The notes beneath the pieces were generated by a model, which did not search any database, was not told the DNA's origin, and was given only the letters and a program-made list of their open reading frames with translations. DNA of 64,000 bases, taken from Candidatus Latescibacterota bacterium. Lineage in GTDB: Bacteria > Latescibacterota > UBA2968 > UBA8231. The stretch covers positions 6,173-70,172 of the forward strand of contig JAYYVF010000066.1 of NCBI GenBank assembly GCA_036343635.1, given 5' to 3'. Below, piece after piece: positions 63,421 to 64,000 of the stretch. A program made the position numbers and the translations under genes. Within the stretch, counting starts at the first letter, position 1. The number at the start of each line of letters is the position of its first letter.

Positions 63421-63700
63421 TCCTAGGTCCATTATTTTAAAGCCGGTTCTAACGGAGAAGGCTACGAATCTTCGTGAAGGTAATAAGTATGCGTTTCGTG
63501 TTCATCCTAAGGCCAATAAAATCGCTATTCGACAGGCCGTTGAGGATATCTTTTCTGTGACAGTTAAGTCTGTTCGTACGGTTGCTGTGCCGCGGAAACC
63601 GAAAAGACAGGGAATGTTTCAAGGTTATCGAGCTGGATGGAAGAAGGCCTACGTCACTCTAAGGGCTGGCGATTCTATTGAGGTAGTTGAAAATGTATAG
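63413..63700 (+). CDS. rplW: 50S ribosomal protein L23
   Basis: [26 protein letters not shown]. Confidence 0.97.
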   Translation: MSNPRSIILKPVLTEKATNLREGNKYAFRVHPKANKIAIRQAVEDIFSVTVKSVRTVAVPRKPKRQGMFQGYRAGWKKAYVTLRAGDSIEVVENV

Positions 63701-63711
63701 GTTGGTTAGAT

Positions 63712-64000
63712 ATGGCAGTTAAAAGGTTTCGTCCGATTACGCCTACGCTTCGTTATAAAACGGTAAACTCTTTTGCAGAGGTAGATGGATCAGGTCCTGA
63801 GAAATCTTTGTTGCGTGGTGCAGTCGGTAAGTCTGGAGGGCGCAACAACCAGGGGCGAATGACCATGCGTCGGCGGGGCGGTGGACATAAACGTCGTTAT
63901 AGGGTCATCGATTTTAAGCGTAATAAATTGGGCGTTCCCGGTAAAGTATCTTCCATAGAATACGATCCCAATCGCTCAGCGTTCATCGCTTTGGTTGTGT
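63712..64000 (+). CDS. rplB: 50S ribosomal protein L2, N-terminal part, truncated by the window edge
   Basis: [11 protein letters not shown]...[28 protein letters not shown]...IEYDPNRSA. Confidence 0.97.
   Translation, partial: MAVKRFRPITPTLRYKTVNSFAEVDGSGPEKSLLRGAVGKSGGRNNQGRMTMRRRGGGHKRRYRVIDFKRNKLGVPGKVSSIEYDPNRSAFIALVV

Overview
A compact bacterial housekeeping window, possibly from an FCB-group or Latescibacterota-like lineage (inference only). It runs from a partial dnaK and uvrB, through about 40 scattered metabolic, transport and envelope genes, to greA, a tRNA cluster and the secE-nusG-rplKAJL-rpoBC-rpsLG-fusA-tuf-S10 region. I found no CRISPR array, prophage or intact mobile element. 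The most notable observations are: (1) rplC (L3) is missing from the S10 operon and sits alone about 33 kb upstream; (2) that rplC copy has an in-frame TGA just before its conserved C-terminal GAVPG motif; (3) a hidden, collapsed sbcD-sbcC pseudogene lies at about 44.8-45.6 kb; (4) a GC-rich, possibly switchable structured RNA with its own promoter lies upstream of zapA; (5) RpoB has substitutions at two rifampicin-resistance positions (E. coli D516Q and S522D); (6) a sigma54-type promoter precedes dnaK and a sigma28-type promoter precedes a MerR-receiver regulator; (7) a CinA-like/nucleotidyltransferase fusion lies in the same gene run as nnr; (8) a divergent Rid-family gene has a decayed tandem copy; (9) infC appears to start at ATC. 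All calls come from reading the sequence by eye; no database searches were run.
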